IMG/VR virus record: IMGVR_UViG_3300027816_000051
Location: 1-64,000 of that record
DNA length: 64,000 bases
Strand: one strand, 5' to 3'
Shown: one piece after another, positions 50,818-61,769 of the stretch
Layout of the letters: each line of letters starts with the position of its first letter
Position numbering within the stretch: position 1 is the stretch's first letter
Program-made: the position numbers and the translations under genes
Notes under the pieces: generated by a model
The model's input: only the letters and a program-made list of their open reading frames with translations
The model's database searches: none
Told to the model about the DNA's origin: nothing

Positions 50818-52161
50818 ATGAATAGTCAAAACATACTTAAATTTTGGGGGAGTAAATTAGATTTACAACTCGATTCTTCGGAATATTACGATTACGAAAT
50901 CTCTAAAACTGAATTAGATTACGATGATTTGGTTTTAGATTTAGATAACACTATCGTGTATACCGGATTGACTATTAATACAACGGGTTTATCGGGAACC
51001 GATTGTACAAGAGATACAATATCTTTGGTTGAATATAACAATACAGTCAATGATGCTTCCTATGTGTATTTGGGACTCTCTTGGACTTTACAATATTCTG
51101 CATTTACGGCTACATTAGGTAATTCCGATACTATATTACAAAACGACGTTTATTCTTATACACTGAATAATAACACTCATTATTTAATAAATAGTGGTTA
51201 TAACAACGCTTTATCAAATCCATTTTCTTTACAAACATCGGGATTAGGTTCTTCGTCATATGCGTGTACTGAACAATTAGGAGGAGATGATTGTTGTCCT
51301 CAGGATTTAATATCTGAAGCAAAACCTTGGGCTTATCAAATAAATCATGGTGCGGGGGTTGATAATTGTTCCTACAAAGTCAAAAGAAGAACAGAAAAAG
51401 GATGGACAATTGATTTGGTTTTAAATAGAAATAATTCAGGTTGGTCGAGCGGAAGAACCATTTATTATTTAGGTGTGAGAGGTGAATCTGATTTAAGAAA
51501 CTACGCAGATAATAACCTATCTTTTTCTTTTACAAATGACGGTAGAATTCAATGGAGAGCAATAAGATATTCGGGTATTTGTACAACAAACAGTGGATAC
51601 AGTGAAACTTTTTATACATCTTCAGGTCAAACACCTGTTTTATGTACAAGTGGAACATCTAAAGATTTTAATATCACAATAACTTTTGAAAGAGATAAAT
51701 ATTTTAATGATTGTGAATTAGAAAATGATGGTGGTTGGAATGATTTGATTACAGGTCGAACATTGACCACCCCGATTAGTAGTTGGTTAACGGGAGCGAC
51801 TCCAACATATGAAGACATTGAAATTTTAAATAAAAAATGGGCACTAGAAAGAAATAGAAGAATTGGTACATTAAAAATTTATTTAAATGGAAGAACCATA
51901 TATAAATTAAAAGGATGGGAAGAAGTTATCCCTTCAACAAGGGGTAATCAAATAATGATTCAATCGTGGGCTGGTGGTACACAATATTCTGGTGGCATAC
52001 ATAATATGGGTATTTCTTGTTTTAATTTTAAAAGAGTACAATATTATGAAGAACCATTAAATTTTGTAAGAGTAAGACATCATTATCTTGTTGATACTAA
52101 ACCCAACTATGACATAACGGAATGTGTTGAAAATTGTGTGGATAGTATGATTGGCCTTTAA
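50818..52161 (+). CDS. Probable virion protein (beta-rich, possible LamG-like C-terminus)
   Basis: Late motif upstream; GTLKIYLNG strand pattern. Confidence 0.6.
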   Translation: MNSQNILKFWGSKLDLQLDSSEYYDYEISKTELDYDDLVLDLDNTIVYTGLTINTTGLSGTDCTRDTISLVEYNNTVNDASYVYLGLSWTLQYSAFTATLGNSDTILQNDVYSYTLNNNTHYLINSGYNNALSNPFSLQTSGLGSSSYACTEQLGGDDCCPQDLISEAKPWAYQINHGAGVDNCSYKVKRRTEKGWTIDLVLNRNNSGWSSGRTIYYLGVRGESDLRNYADNNLSFSFTNDGRIQWRAIRYSGICTTNSGYSETFYTSSGQTPVLCTSGTSKDFNITITFERDKYFNDCELENDGGWNDLITGRTLTTPISSWLTGATPTYEDIEILNKKWALERNRRIGTLKIYLNGRTIYKLKGWEEVIPSTRGNQIMIQSWAGGTQYSGGIHNMGISCFNFKRVQYYEEPLNFVRVRHHYLVDTKPNYDITECVENCVDSMIGL

Positions 52162-52193
52162 AAAAATGATACAAATTGATATAATTTAAATAA

Positions 52194-53120
52194 ATGGATA
52201 CTTTAAAAATAGTTTCGACAAATTATACAGGTCAAAGTGCGGTTATTACTTATTATCCAGATACTGGTGGTACTATTAATCTTGGCACCCAAGTATTACC
52301 CTATGATTATGTTGCGTCTTATTTTTATGGAACATATTCTTTATTTTTTCCCGCGTTTGGTAGTACTTGTACACTGTACGTAGAAGATTTATCAGGTAAT
52401 TTTTTACTACAAGAAAACGGTGATTATATTTTCCAAGAAAACTATTATAAAATAAAAATAGAAACAGGTCCATCTCCGACCCCAACAGTGACACCTTCAA
52501 CAAGTGTAACACCATCGATAACACCATCTGTTACACCGTCTATAACCCCAAGTGTAACACCATCTGTTACACCGTCTGTTACACCAAGTAGAACACCTTC
52601 AACAAGTGTAACACCATCAATAACACCAAGTAGAACACCGTCGGTTACCCCAACACCAACACCAACACCATCAAGACCCGCATACACATATTATAGGTGG
52701 CAGATTACTGAAAGTAAAACATCACCACCTAATGCGAATTGCATACAAGCATCCGAATTCGTTTTTCAAATAGGTGGTGTAGACCAAAGTATGGCTGGTG
52801 TTACGGTAACTAACCCAAGTGGTAATAACCCTGTTGGTGAGGAACCTCCAAAGTTAGCGGATGGTAATTTAACAACTAAAGCTTTGGATTTGAATTTTGT
52901 AACAAATGGAAATGTAAGTAATTTTATTTTTCAATTTAGTAGTGCAAAGGCGTTTACGGGTTATAGATGGGGTACCGCAAATGATGAAGAAAGTAGAGAC
53001 CCTAAATCATGGACGATTGCCGGTAGTAATAATGGAACAACTTGGACAACGTTACATACGGTATCAGGATTTAACTCTACCACCACAAGAAATACGTATC
53101 AAACACCTCAAACGTATTAA
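52194..53120 (+). CDS. Protein with (T/S)P-rich linker and discoidin/F5-8-like domain
   Basis: TPSV/TPSI repeats; [11 protein letters not shown]...[19 protein letters not shown]. Confidence 0.75.
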   Translation: MDTLKIVSTNYTGQSAVITYYPDTGGTINLGTQVLPYDYVASYFYGTYSLFFPAFGSTCTLYVEDLSGNFLLQENGDYIFQENYYKIKIETGPSPTPTVTPSTSVTPSITPSVTPSITPSVTPSVTPSVTPSRTPSTSVTPSITPSRTPSVTPTPTPTPSRPAYTYYRWQITESKTSPPNANCIQASEFVFQIGGVDQSMAGVTVTNPSGNNPVGEEPPKLADGNLTTKALDLNFVTNGNVSNFIFQFSSAKAFTGYRWGTANDEESRDPKSWTIAGSNNGTTWTTLHTVSGFNSTTTRNTYQTPQTY

Positions 53121-53149
53121 AATATAAAAATAGATATTTATAAAATAAG

Positions 53150-53782
53150 ATGAATTTACCAATATCCCAATTACCCGAACTTACAGGTTTAACCGCAAAT
53201 GCGGAGTTTGCTGTTTCTCAAGGTGGAACCACATATAGAGTTAAAAATAGTGTTTTAGCTCCATTTCCAACGGTTTATGGTTTGTTTTCTCAAACAGGAA
53301 ATAGTGTAACTATAAGTGGTACAACATCAGAATTAAGTGTTATTGACGGTGGGGTTGGAACCTTAAGTGTTCCCGCTAATGGATTTAGGGTTGGTGATAG
53401 CTTTAGAGCGGATTTTGGTGGTCTTTTATCCGCAAAAAATGGTGATGATATAAGAATAAAAGTTAAAACTGGTTCGGTAATTTTAGCAGATTCTGGACTT
53501 CAAAATATGACAACATCAGTTGATGACGTTTGGCAACTTTCTATAAATTTCACAATTAGGTCTCTCGGTGTTGCGGGTGTTGCCAGTATAGTTGCTCTTG
53601 GTGTATTTCATACAACAAAACAATCTAATGGTTCACAAGGTGGGTTTGCGTTCAATACGGTTAATAGTACTACGTTTGATACCACCGTTTCAAATACAAT
53701 TGAAGTAACAGCTCAGTTTAGTTCAAGTGACCCCGCAAATAAAATATATAGTGACATTTTTGTATTAAATAAAATATATTAA
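53150..53782 (+). CDS. Probable virion structural/fibre protein
   Basis: TATTTATA at 53135; PISQLPEL N-terminus; beta-rich. Confidence 0.65.
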   Translation: MNLPISQLPELTGLTANAEFAVSQGGTTYRVKNSVLAPFPTVYGLFSQTGNSVTISGTTSELSVIDGGVGTLSVPANGFRVGDSFRADFGGLLSAKNGDDIRIKVKTGSVILADSGLQNMTTSVDDVWQLSINFTIRSLGVAGVASIVALGVFHTTKQSNGSQGGFAFNTVNSTTFDTTVSNTIEVTAQFSSSDPANKIYSDIFVLNKIY

Positions 53783-53787
53783 ATAAG

Positions 53788-54156
53788 ATGGAATTTTTTA
53801 TAAGACAAGGTGCTTCACAACCGATATTAAAAATGAGACTTATTGATGATGGAAAAAATGATAAATCCGGATTCAACGATATGTTGGAAAGTTGTGATAT
53901 TACTTTTGATATGTTTGATGTTGAGACAGGTGAACCTGAAATCCTAAACTCAACTTGTTTAATCACCACAAGAGACAAAAAGTACAATCAAACCACAGAC
54001 GAATATTATATTACCCACCAATTCACAGAATCACAAACCGCAAGAATTGGTAAGTATGAAGGTAAAGTTACAGTTCAATTTTTAGATACCAACTTAAATC
54101 CAACCACAAAACTGATTCTTCCTGTAAAGGAAAAATTATTTATCACCATATTTTGA
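53788..54156 (+). CDS. BppU-like baseplate N-terminal domain protein
   Basis: FFIRQG...P.L...L.D...G.YEG.V.VQF....ILP pattern. Confidence 0.6.
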   Translation: MEFFIRQGASQPILKMRLIDDGKNDKSGFNDMLESCDITFDMFDVETGEPEILNSTCLITTRDKKYNQTTDEYYITHQFTESQTARIGKYEGKVTVQFLDTNLNPTTKLILPVKEKLFITIF

Positions 54157-54182
54157 TATGTGATGATTATTTCGTATAATTG
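54152..54182 (+). promoter_or_regulatory. Near-consensus host-type promoter for DNA polymerase
   Basis: TTTG-N19-TATAATTG. Confidence 0.6.
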
Positions 54183-54243
54183 TTAGCAAGACAAACTACA
54201 ACACGGTGTTGTAAGCAAATGTGTCAAAACAAAAATATACGAT

Positions 54244-57141
54244 ATGTCAGAAGTTATTTCTCAAGAGGTAATCGAAAGTTTTTTAAATGGTTGGGACCCT
54301 GAAGAATACATTGTAGGGGTTGAATACGATTACCAAACCAACAAAATTTACAAAATTATTCAAGACCCTGTAAGGGGTAAGGTAGTAAAACCCGACACTT
54401 TAACTCCATTTCTATGGGTTGGTGATTTAAGTTCTTGTAATTTCTATCAAGGAAGTAAATCCATACAAAAGAAAAAAATGGGGGAATACGGTATTATTAT
54501 TGATAAACTTGAGACCCAAGGTAATGATAGACTTGAAAATGGACAAAATTTTTTAGTAAAAAGTCTAAAGGGTTATCGTGAATTAATTAGTTTTTTCAAA
54601 CAAGGCGGTATTGACCCGTGGGGTGATAATTTTAAACACTTATTTACTATTTTATCACCTGTAGAACAATATCTTATTCAAAAGAAAAAAAGATTATTTA
54701 AAGGTATTGATGATTATTCAGGTGTTCATCGATTTGTATTCGATATCGAGACCACGGGCCTTGAACCTGAGACTAATGAGATAATTCTTATTGGAGTAAA
54801 GGACAACCGTGGTTTACAAAAAACCATACCCGCTTTTGGTCCTGATGGTGAGAAAAAATGTATCGAAGAATTTTTTGAAATAATAAAAGAATTAAAACCA
54901 ACAATTATTGGTGGGTATAATTCAGCGTCATTTGACTTTCCATTCATATTAAAAAGAGCCGAAATTTTAGGTGTTGATATTGTTGAGTGTACATCAATAC
55001 TCACATCGGATGGGATTAAACAAAAAGAAGGTGTATTAAAGTTAGCAAATGAAATTGAACCTTACACTCAACATATCATTTGGGGTCATAATATTGTTGA
55101 TATCGCTCACGCAGTAAGAAGGGCACAAGCAATTAATTCGGAAATTAAATCTTGGGGATTGAAATACATTACCCAATATTTGGAAAAAGAAAAACCAAAT
55201 CGGGTATATGTCGATGGTGCTTTTATTTCAAAAATATATTTGGAAAATGATAGTTATTACGTTAACCCTAAAACAGGTAAATACAAAAAGATTGGTGAAC
55301 CCGGTACTGAAAATTTATTAGACAAATACCCTAATAAATACGAAATATGGCCAGGTCAAAGAATTGTAGAACAGTATCTTGATGATGACTTGTACGAAAC
55401 AATGATTGTGGATGATTCGTTCTCTCAATCTACGTTCTTACTTTCTAAATTGGTACCAACAACTTATGAAAGAATTGCAACGATGGGAACTGCAACACTT
55501 TGGAAAATTATCATGTTAGCTTGGTCATATGAAAACGGTTTGGCAATACCCACCAAAGATGAAAAAAGAGCAATTACAGGAGGTCTTTCAAGATTATTAA
55601 ATGTCGGATACTCCAAGAATATTGTAAAATTTGACTACGCATCTCTTTACCCATCAATCCAATTGGTTTATGATGTATTTCCTGAATGTGATGTTATGGG
55701 TGTTCAGAAGTCTATGTTAAAGTACTTTAGAAACATTCGTATCAAATATAAAAGACTTGCTGGTGAACTTAAAGATAGTGACCCCGTACAAGCAGAAATG
55801 TACGACCGTAAACAATTACCAATCAAGATTTTTATCAACGCTTATTTTGGTTCCTTGTCCGCACCACAGGTATTTCCATGGGGTGATATGAACATGGGTG
55901 AAACCATCACATGTACTGGTCGTCAGTGTCTTCGTATGATGATTATGTTCTTTGAGAAAAAAGGATATAAACCTCTTGTAATGGATACGGACGGTGTTAA
56001 CTTTTCTACTCCCGATGATATTGATACCCACATATACATTGGTAAAGGTTTGAATGAATTAGTAGAAGAAGGGAAAGAATACGTTGGTATCGAAGCAGAT
56101 ACCGCGGAATTCAATGACACTTTTATGAGAAATGAAATGGGTCTTGATATTGATTACACCGCACCTGCGTGTATCAACGTTTCAAGAAAAAATTACATCA
56201 TTAAACTTCTTAAAAAAGGTAAAGAAAAAATCAAACTTACGGGGAATACTATTAAATCAAAAAAACTTCAACAATATGTTGTAGAATTTTTAGATGAAGG
56301 ATTAAAACACCTATTAAATGGCGATGGATTATCTTTTGTTGAGCTTTATTACAGATATGTCCAACAAATTTATGATAAGAAAATCCCATTGTCTAAAATG
56401 GCTAATAAGTCTCGTGTAAAACAATCGGTCGAGGATTACAAAAAACATATTAAAAAAACCACGAAAGCTGGTTCTTTGATGTCTCGACAAGCACATATGG
56501 AGTTGGTTATTCAGAATAACTATCCCGCCAGTCTTGGTGAGACCATTTACTATATTAATAATGGTGAAAAAAAATCAGACGGTGATGTTCAGAAAATAAC
56601 AAAACCAACCAAAAAACAACAAGAGGAGTTTACTAAATTACACGGTAAACCAATGCCAGATAATTACATACAGATTAATTGTTACATGATTTCTGAAAAG
56701 GAGTTAACAAACAATCCCGACATGACTGGTGATTATAACGTGGCGAGATACTTGACTAATTTTAATAAGAGAATAGAACCATTGTTAGTTGTTTTCAACC
56801 CTGAAATACGTCACGATATTTTGGTTGAAAAACCCGAAGACAGACAATATTTTACAAGAGCTCAATGTGAATTAGTAAGTGGGTTTCCTCTTAAGGAAGA
56901 TGGTCAAGATAAGTACGATGAGGTAATGACACTATCTGATAGTGAAGTACTATTTTGGAATAGAGTAAAAAGAGACCCTTTCTTTATGTATGTGGAGGAC
57001 AGTTTGAAGTTAGCAGACCCTTATTGGGTGGATTTGAATAGAAAAGTGGTATCTCTACAAGCTGAAAGTATCAAGAGTAATGAGGATGAGATTATTCAGA
57101 CCAACGGTAATGATTACGCTTATCACGCAACCAATATCTAA
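54244..57141 (+). CDS. Family B DNA polymerase
   Basis: Exo FDIETTG, GYNSASFDFPF; Pol FDYASLYPSI, KIFINAYFG, MDTDG, RKNY. Confidence 0.97.
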   Translation: MSEVISQEVIESFLNGWDPEEYIVGVEYDYQTNKIYKIIQDPVRGKVVKPDTLTPFLWVGDLSSCNFYQGSKSIQKKKMGEYGIIIDKLETQGNDRLENGQNFLVKSLKGYRELISFFKQGGIDPWGDNFKHLFTILSPVEQYLIQKKKRLFKGIDDYSGVHRFVFDIETTGLEPETNEIILIGVKDNRGLQKTIPAFGPDGEKKCIEEFFEIIKELKPTIIGGYNSASFDFPFILKRAEILGVDIVECTSILTSDGIKQKEGVLKLANEIEPYTQHIIWGHNIVDIAHAVRRAQAINSEIKSWGLKYITQYLEKEKPNRVYVDGAFISKIYLENDSYYVNPKTGKYKKIGEPGTENLLDKYPNKYEIWPGQRIVEQYLDDDLYETMIVDDSFSQSTFLLSKLVPTTYERIATMGTATLWKIIMLAWSYENGLAIPTKDEKRAITGGLSRLLNVGYSKNIVKFDYASLYPSIQLVYDVFPECDVMGVQKSMLKYFRNIRIKYKRLAGELKDSDPVQAEMYDRKQLPIKIFINAYFGSLSAPQVFPWGDMNMGETITCTGRQCLRMMIMFFEKKGYKPLVMDTDGVNFSTPDDIDTHIYIGKGLNELVEEGKEYVGIEADTAEFNDTFMRNEMGLDIDYTAPACINVSRKNYIIKLLKKGKEKIKLTGNTIKSKKLQQYVVEFLDEGLKHLLNGDGLSFVELYYRYVQQIYDKKIPLSKMANKSRVKQSVEDYKKHIKKTTKAGSLMSRQAHMELVIQNNYPASLGETIYYINNGEKKSDGDVQKITKPTKKQQEEFTKLHGKPMPDNYIQINCYMISEKELTNNPDMTGDYNVARYLTNFNKRIEPLLVVFNPEIRHDILVEKPEDRQYFTRAQCELVSGFPLKEDGQDKYDEVMTLSDSEVLFWNRVKRDPFFMYVEDSLKLADPYWVDLNRKVVSLQAESIKSNEDEIIQTNGNDYAYHATNI

Positions 57142-58260
57142 TTAGATTACGTTAAATGGTGATTGGAAAGGTCTGTACTTAAGTGCTTTGTTTAGGTTTT
57201 CCGCTTCCGCTCCTTTTCTTTCCATTAACTTATCGGGTCTTAATCTTTCTAAACGATTCATTAATTCCTCAATAAGTTTTAATTTTTCATCTTTACCTTC
57301 TTGTAACAATGTTGAATAATCTAACTTAACAGAACTATCAGGTACTTGTAAATCACCTGAGAATTTACCCCATATTCTACCTAAACCTTCTTTTGAATAT
57401 GCGATAAGATATTTCCTAACCCAGTTTTGTGCTGGTTTATTTAACATGTCCCAAGTAAGTTCTTCGGTTTCAACATCAGAAGGTAATTTTACAATACCAC
57501 TATTTTTGTCTAAACAAGTATCGGGGTCTGTGGTATCATAATACCAATACCACACTTTTTGTCTATTGTTTTGAATCGAACCAAAATCAAATCTACCACC
57601 TGGTACATTGTATAGGTGAACTATTTTTGTTCCGTTTGGTCCTGCCGTAATTCTATATGTTAAGTCACCACCAATTAATCGGTTTTTAATATTTCTATCG
57701 CCCATTCTTAATAATAAATCATAAGCTGGTAATAAGAAATAAGAACCCGAAGCTCCTTGTTGTGCAAATCCACCGACACCACCAAAAGCAACACCCCCAA
57801 GACCACCAAAACCGCCTAAAAATGGGTCAACAATTGAGTCTGTTAATTCCGCTCTTGAGAACCACAATAATTCATTAATCTCTCTACCAGCAGGAATCAC
57901 ATAAGTTTGTGTGTTCGCAGATAATGAAATATAATCTTTTTTTAATTCACTATTACCACCCGTCTGTAGACCTACAATCTTAGAGTAAGAATGGGTGTAT
58001 TGTGTCTCGTAATCTAAACTCCTTGTGGTAAACGCTCTTGTTAATGATTGTGTATCCACATTAAGACCAGCGAGTGCTGACCACTGTGATTCAATCAACC
58101 AATCACTTACATATTGTTCATATTCAGATACTGACAACTCTAAAAAGGTGTCCATTTGTTCTTCTGTGAGTTCAACTCCCCTAACGGGTAAACCCAATAA
58201 ATGAAACACTTGGGTGTACAATTTTTGTTTTTCAGTATTTGAAATGACAGTTGTTGACAT
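57142..58260 (-). CDS. Neck protein (T4 gp13-like)
   Basis: WVRKYLIAYSKEGLGRIWGKF...V.LD...LLQEGKDEK..L.EEL; start set at MSTTVIS. Confidence 0.75.
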   Translation of the reverse strand: MSTTVISNTEKQKLYTQVFHLLGLPVRGVELTEEQMDTFLELSVSEYEQYVSDWLIESQWSALAGLNVDTQSLTRAFTTRSLDYETQYTHSYSKIVGLQTGGNSELKKDYISLSANTQTYVIPAGREINELLWFSRAELTDSIVDPFLGGFGGLGGVAFGGVGGFAQQGASGSYFLLPAYDLLLRMGDRNIKNRLIGGDLTYRITAGPNGTKIVHLYNVPGGRFDFGSIQNNRQKVWYWYYDTTDPDTCLDKNSGIVKLPSDVETEELTWDMLNKPAQNWVRKYLIAYSKEGLGRIWGKFSGDLQVPDSSVKLDYSTLLQEGKDEKLKLIEELMNRLERLRPDKLMERKGAEAENLNKALKYRPFQSPFNVI

Positions 58261-58264
58261 TAAC

Positions 58265-58295
58265 TTTGATTTATCAATAAATATCTGTATATTTG
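58265..58295 (+). promoter_or_regulatory. Bacteroidota sigma70-type promoter
   Basis: TTTG-N19-TATATTTG. Confidence 0.8.
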
Positions 58296-58315
58296 TTTTA
58301 ATATTCCAAATATTA

Positions 58316-59470
58316 ATGTATTCCACCGGAAACTTAAGAAACATAGAAAACCACGTAAAAAAGATTTGCACAATAAAGGGACCTATCAAGGACCTTTTTT
58401 TGAGTGAATGGAGAGAGGTTTTTAAGGAATGCTACTTGAGTAAAAACCAATATGGTTTTTGTCAAAAAAATGGGACATATGGTGTTTTAACCCCAAGGGG
58501 GTCGTGGTCTCCTGTAAATCAGTTTAATACGAACTATATTGTCAACATAAAAATTGTTGAGAAATTAAACGAATGGATTTTTCAAGATTATTTTCTTAAG
58601 GGAATAAACAATCTAAATGGCGTACCATTAAAAGAAATTACTTTTGATGGTAATAGTTCAAGTTATATTGAAGAAGAAATAAAAAACTATTTTAAATGGT
58701 TTCGAGTATACAAAGACAAAATATTGATAGACCATAGGACTGTTGGTCCTAGCGATTTTTTATATGAACTTTTTCATATTGCATCCAAAACGATTGGTAC
58801 GGGTACATATGGTGAATTGTGTATTGAACATTATTTTAAAAAAAATGTAAAAACAGCTAAGATTTACAGGACATCATTGGTGAGGGGTTCTTCGATTGAC
58901 ATGGTTAACGGTTGTGATTTATTCACGGTCAACAACGATGATAATACAAAAGTTAAAAGAATCCAAAGCAAGGTTGTTAAATTTCAAGGTGATAGTTTTA
59001 AAAATATTATAGATGTAAGGGATTACATTGGTAAAAATATTGATTATTTAGTTTTGGTATCATTGAACTATGATTTTAGATTTCATACTGTGAACCCAAC
59101 GAGAATGATTTTTTTACATCTTAAAGAAGATACCATTATAACCGAATTAAATGGTTGGTATACATATAACAAAAATAATATACTAATGGAAGAAAAAATT
59201 GATGATATTTTTAACTCAAAAATTTTCTTTGAGTTTTTCATGTATTGTTCAAAAAACGATGTAGAGTTTTCTCTTGAAGTTTCTGAAGACACAAACTTAA
59301 ATTTTATAAAAGAAGAAAGAAAAGTTTGTGTGAGTTTGCCTTCAAGTAGTGAAAATTTTGATATTGATAAAATCCACGATGTGTGGGTTGAAATAATTCA
59401 GAGTATTTCTCAAAAACAAGAGGACATTGATTTCATGATGAATATCTTAAAGAATCTCTTTAAGAATTGA
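58316..59470 (+). CDS. Hypothetical protein with possible PD-(D/E)XK nuclease motif
   Basis: GTYGE....YF...D...G.DL....IQSK; start set at MYSTGN. Confidence 0.55.
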   Translation: MYSTGNLRNIENHVKKICTIKGPIKDLFLSEWREVFKECYLSKNQYGFCQKNGTYGVLTPRGSWSPVNQFNTNYIVNIKIVEKLNEWIFQDYFLKGINNLNGVPLKEITFDGNSSSYIEEEIKNYFKWFRVYKDKILIDHRTVGPSDFLYELFHIASKTIGTGTYGELCIEHYFKKNVKTAKIYRTSLVRGSSIDMVNGCDLFTVNNDDNTKVKRIQSKVVKFQGDSFKNIIDVRDYIGKNIDYLVLVSLNYDFRFHTVNPTRMIFLHLKEDTIITELNGWYTYNKNNILMEEKIDDIFNSKIFFEFFMYCSKNDVEFSLEVSEDTNLNFIKEERKVCVSLPSSSENFDIDKIHDVWVEIIQSISQKQEDIDFMMNILKNLFKN

Positions 59471-61201
59471 TTGTGCAAAACTTTCTGAGAAATCTCCATC
59501 ACCCATTACTTGGTCGATAATATTCTTTTTCTTTTGAAGCATATTATACACTATCTTTTCAATAGTATTTTCGAAAATCGGATAATACACTAATACATTT
59601 TTCTTTTGTCCGTATCTAAACGCTCTGTCTTCTGCTTGACTGTGATGTGCAGGAACAAATGATAAGTCATTCATAATCACACATTCCGCAGCGGTTAAGG
59701 TGATACCAACTCCACCTGCAATAATATTTGAAATAAACACTTTTACTTTGTCTTCATTTTGAAAACGGTCAACAGATTGTTGTCTTTTTTCTTTAGACAT
59801 TCTACCATCTAAAACCACCGAGTTCTTTTTGTATTTCTCATGTAACATATCTAAAGACATGGTGAAGTTCGTAAACACAATAACCTTTTTACCTTGTTCT
59901 AAACATCTATCAATAATCTCACAAGTATAATCAATTTTTTCCTGAGAGATAATTTGTCTAACTTTCATTAAACGATTAATAGTAACAGATAATGATTCTT
60001 TGTTTTTAGATTCACTTGTAATTCTTAAAAAGTCCTCAAGTTCTTCATCATAGTATGTACTCTTTAAATCTAAGAATATTGGTGTGATAATTTTATCGGG
60101 AAGGTCTAATATGTCAGTTTTCATTCTTCTTAAAACAAGATTTTTAGTTCTCATTCTAAGTTCATCTAAATTTGTTGCACCGTTAGTATTCCATATTTTC
60201 TTTTTGTTTACCGTGAATTGATAACCACCACAATACCTTTTAACATAACCTTGCCAATTTAACGTAACATTTGAATTTACGATTCTTAATAGATTATAAT
60301 AATTGATTGGTTTTGAGGTCATGGGTGTACCTGTAAGTAACCAAACTTTTGGTATATTTTTTAATATATCATTTATTAATTTAGTTCTTTGAGCGGTAGT
60401 ATTTGATATGTAATGAGCTTCATCTACTATTGCCAAATCAAATTTTTCATTGGCAATTAAATTAGTATTTTCTTGACCAATTTCAGGTGTTTCAGTTGAG
60501 TGATAGTTTTTTACAATATCATAATTTATAATATAGTAATTAAATGTTGAACCCCACTTACGACCTTCAACAATTAAAGTTTTCTTATCTGAGTAATTTT
60601 CAATTTCTCTCTGCCAATTAATCTTTAGAGATGCTGGGCATATTATTAAAATCTTTTTTGCTCCACTTTCTAAAGAGGCAATAATCGCTGATGTGGTTTT
60701 ACCCAGTCCCATATCATCAGCGAGAATATATTTGTCGTTGGCCAATAATTTCTCAATAGCTTCTTTTTGGTGAGGTAATGGAGGTCGGTTATCGTAAGAT
60801 GAATAATCAATCTCTCTGTTTAATTTTTTTTCCTCTTGGATGATTGCGGATTTAGGAACCCACATAGCTGAATTTTTTTCAGTTTCAAAAATTTTACCCC
60901 ATATGTGATATGCCATATCACTTTCACATAATAACTTTTCACACCATATTTTTTCGGGTGGTTTTGTTAGATGTTTAGATTCCATTAACTTGTCTGCAAA
61001 TCCATCAACAATACTGATATATTTTTTTGCAACCCGAGGAACTACCTCATGGTATTTTAAAACATACTCAGCTTGGGGTCTTGTTAACTGAAAACCTTTA
61101 ACTTCAGATAACTTTCTTTTCCACTCAATTAGTTGGTTGTTAAAACCTTCGTAAGTGGACAAAATTTCCCTTGCTTCTATCTCAGGAATCTTACTCTGCA
61201 T
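59447..61201 (-). CDS. SNF2-family (SMARCAL1/HARP-like) helicase
   Basis: ILADDMGLGKT, IICPASLK.NW, IVDEAHYI, LTGTP, LRRMK, GGVGITLTAA, QAEDRAFRYGQ. Confidence 0.95.
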   Translation of the reverse strand: MQSKIPEIEAREILSTYEGFNNQLIEWKRKLSEVKGFQLTRPQAEYVLKYHEVVPRVAKKYISIVDGFADKLMESKHLTKPPEKIWCEKLLCESDMAYHIWGKIFETEKNSAMWVPKSAIIQEEKKLNREIDYSSYDNRPPLPHQKEAIEKLLANDKYILADDMGLGKTTSAIIASLESGAKKILIICPASLKINWQREIENYSDKKTLIVEGRKWGSTFNYYIINYDIVKNYHSTETPEIGQENTNLIANEKFDLAIVDEAHYISNTTAQRTKLINDILKNIPKVWLLTGTPMTSKPINYYNLLRIVNSNVTLNWQGYVKRYCGGYQFTVNKKKIWNTNGATNLDELRMRTKNLVLRRMKTDILDLPDKIITPIFLDLKSTYYDEELEDFLRITSESKNKESLSVTINRLMKVRQIISQEKIDYTCEIIDRCLEQGKKVIVFTNFTMSLDMLHEKYKKNSVVLDGRMSKEKRQQSVDRFQNEDKVKVFISNIIAGGVGITLTAAECVIMNDLSFVPAHHSQAEDRAFRYGQKKNVLVYYPIFENTIEKIVYNMLQKKKNIIDQVMGDGDFSESFAQSILKEIL

Positions 61202-61254
61202 ACAATAAGTTAAATATAGTAAAATAGAATCAATAAATGAACTATTTATAGTAA

Positions 61255-61767
61255 ATGAAGAATAAACTACCGATAACCAGATTAAGTAAATTTTTTTCTC
61301 AAACTGATTTTGATTTAAATGTTCAGTTAGGGGAAGAATACTTGCATGGTGATTTAGGTATGAAATTAGTTTTATTTAGAGTAGATAGACAAAAAACCGA
61401 CACTGATGATGTATACGGTGAAGTTGGTAAAGACCAAATTAAATTTTTACCACCTACCGAATTTTTCGGATTGGTTAAAATTGAAGAACCTAAAAACAAT
61501 TCATATACTAAAGGTGTAAATAGATATTTGGAACCCGGTAATATGACCATTTCAGTTTATATAAAACACTTAGAAGAAATGGGTATTGATATTAGATATG
61601 GTGATTTTATTGGGTACCCCGAATCGGAAGAAAGAATTAGATACTATACGGTGGTAAACGATGGAAAAGTTACTTCCGATAATAAACATAATATGTTTGG
61701 TTTTAGACCTCATTATAGAACTATCACCTGTGCAATTGCACAAGAATCTGAATTTAGAGGAATTTAA
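61255..61767 (+). CDS. Head completion/neck protein (gp14-like)
   Basis: TATTTATA at 61243; D..YGE....KF..P; position before the gp15-like gene. Confidence 0.6.
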   Translation: MKNKLPITRLSKFFSQTDFDLNVQLGEEYLHGDLGMKLVLFRVDRQKTDTDDVYGEVGKDQIKFLPPTEFFGLVKIEEPKNNSYTKGVNRYLEPGNMTISVYIKHLEEMGIDIRYGDFIGYPESEERIRYYTVVNDGKVTSDNKHNMFGFRPHYRTITCAIAQESEFRGI

Positions 61768-61769
61768 TT

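Noticed and set aside
23722-57141. Inteins or introns in terminase, capsid or DNA polymerase
   Set aside because: Lengths are normal, motifs are contiguous, and no C/S...HN-C/S/T splice signature or LAGLIDADG block was noticed
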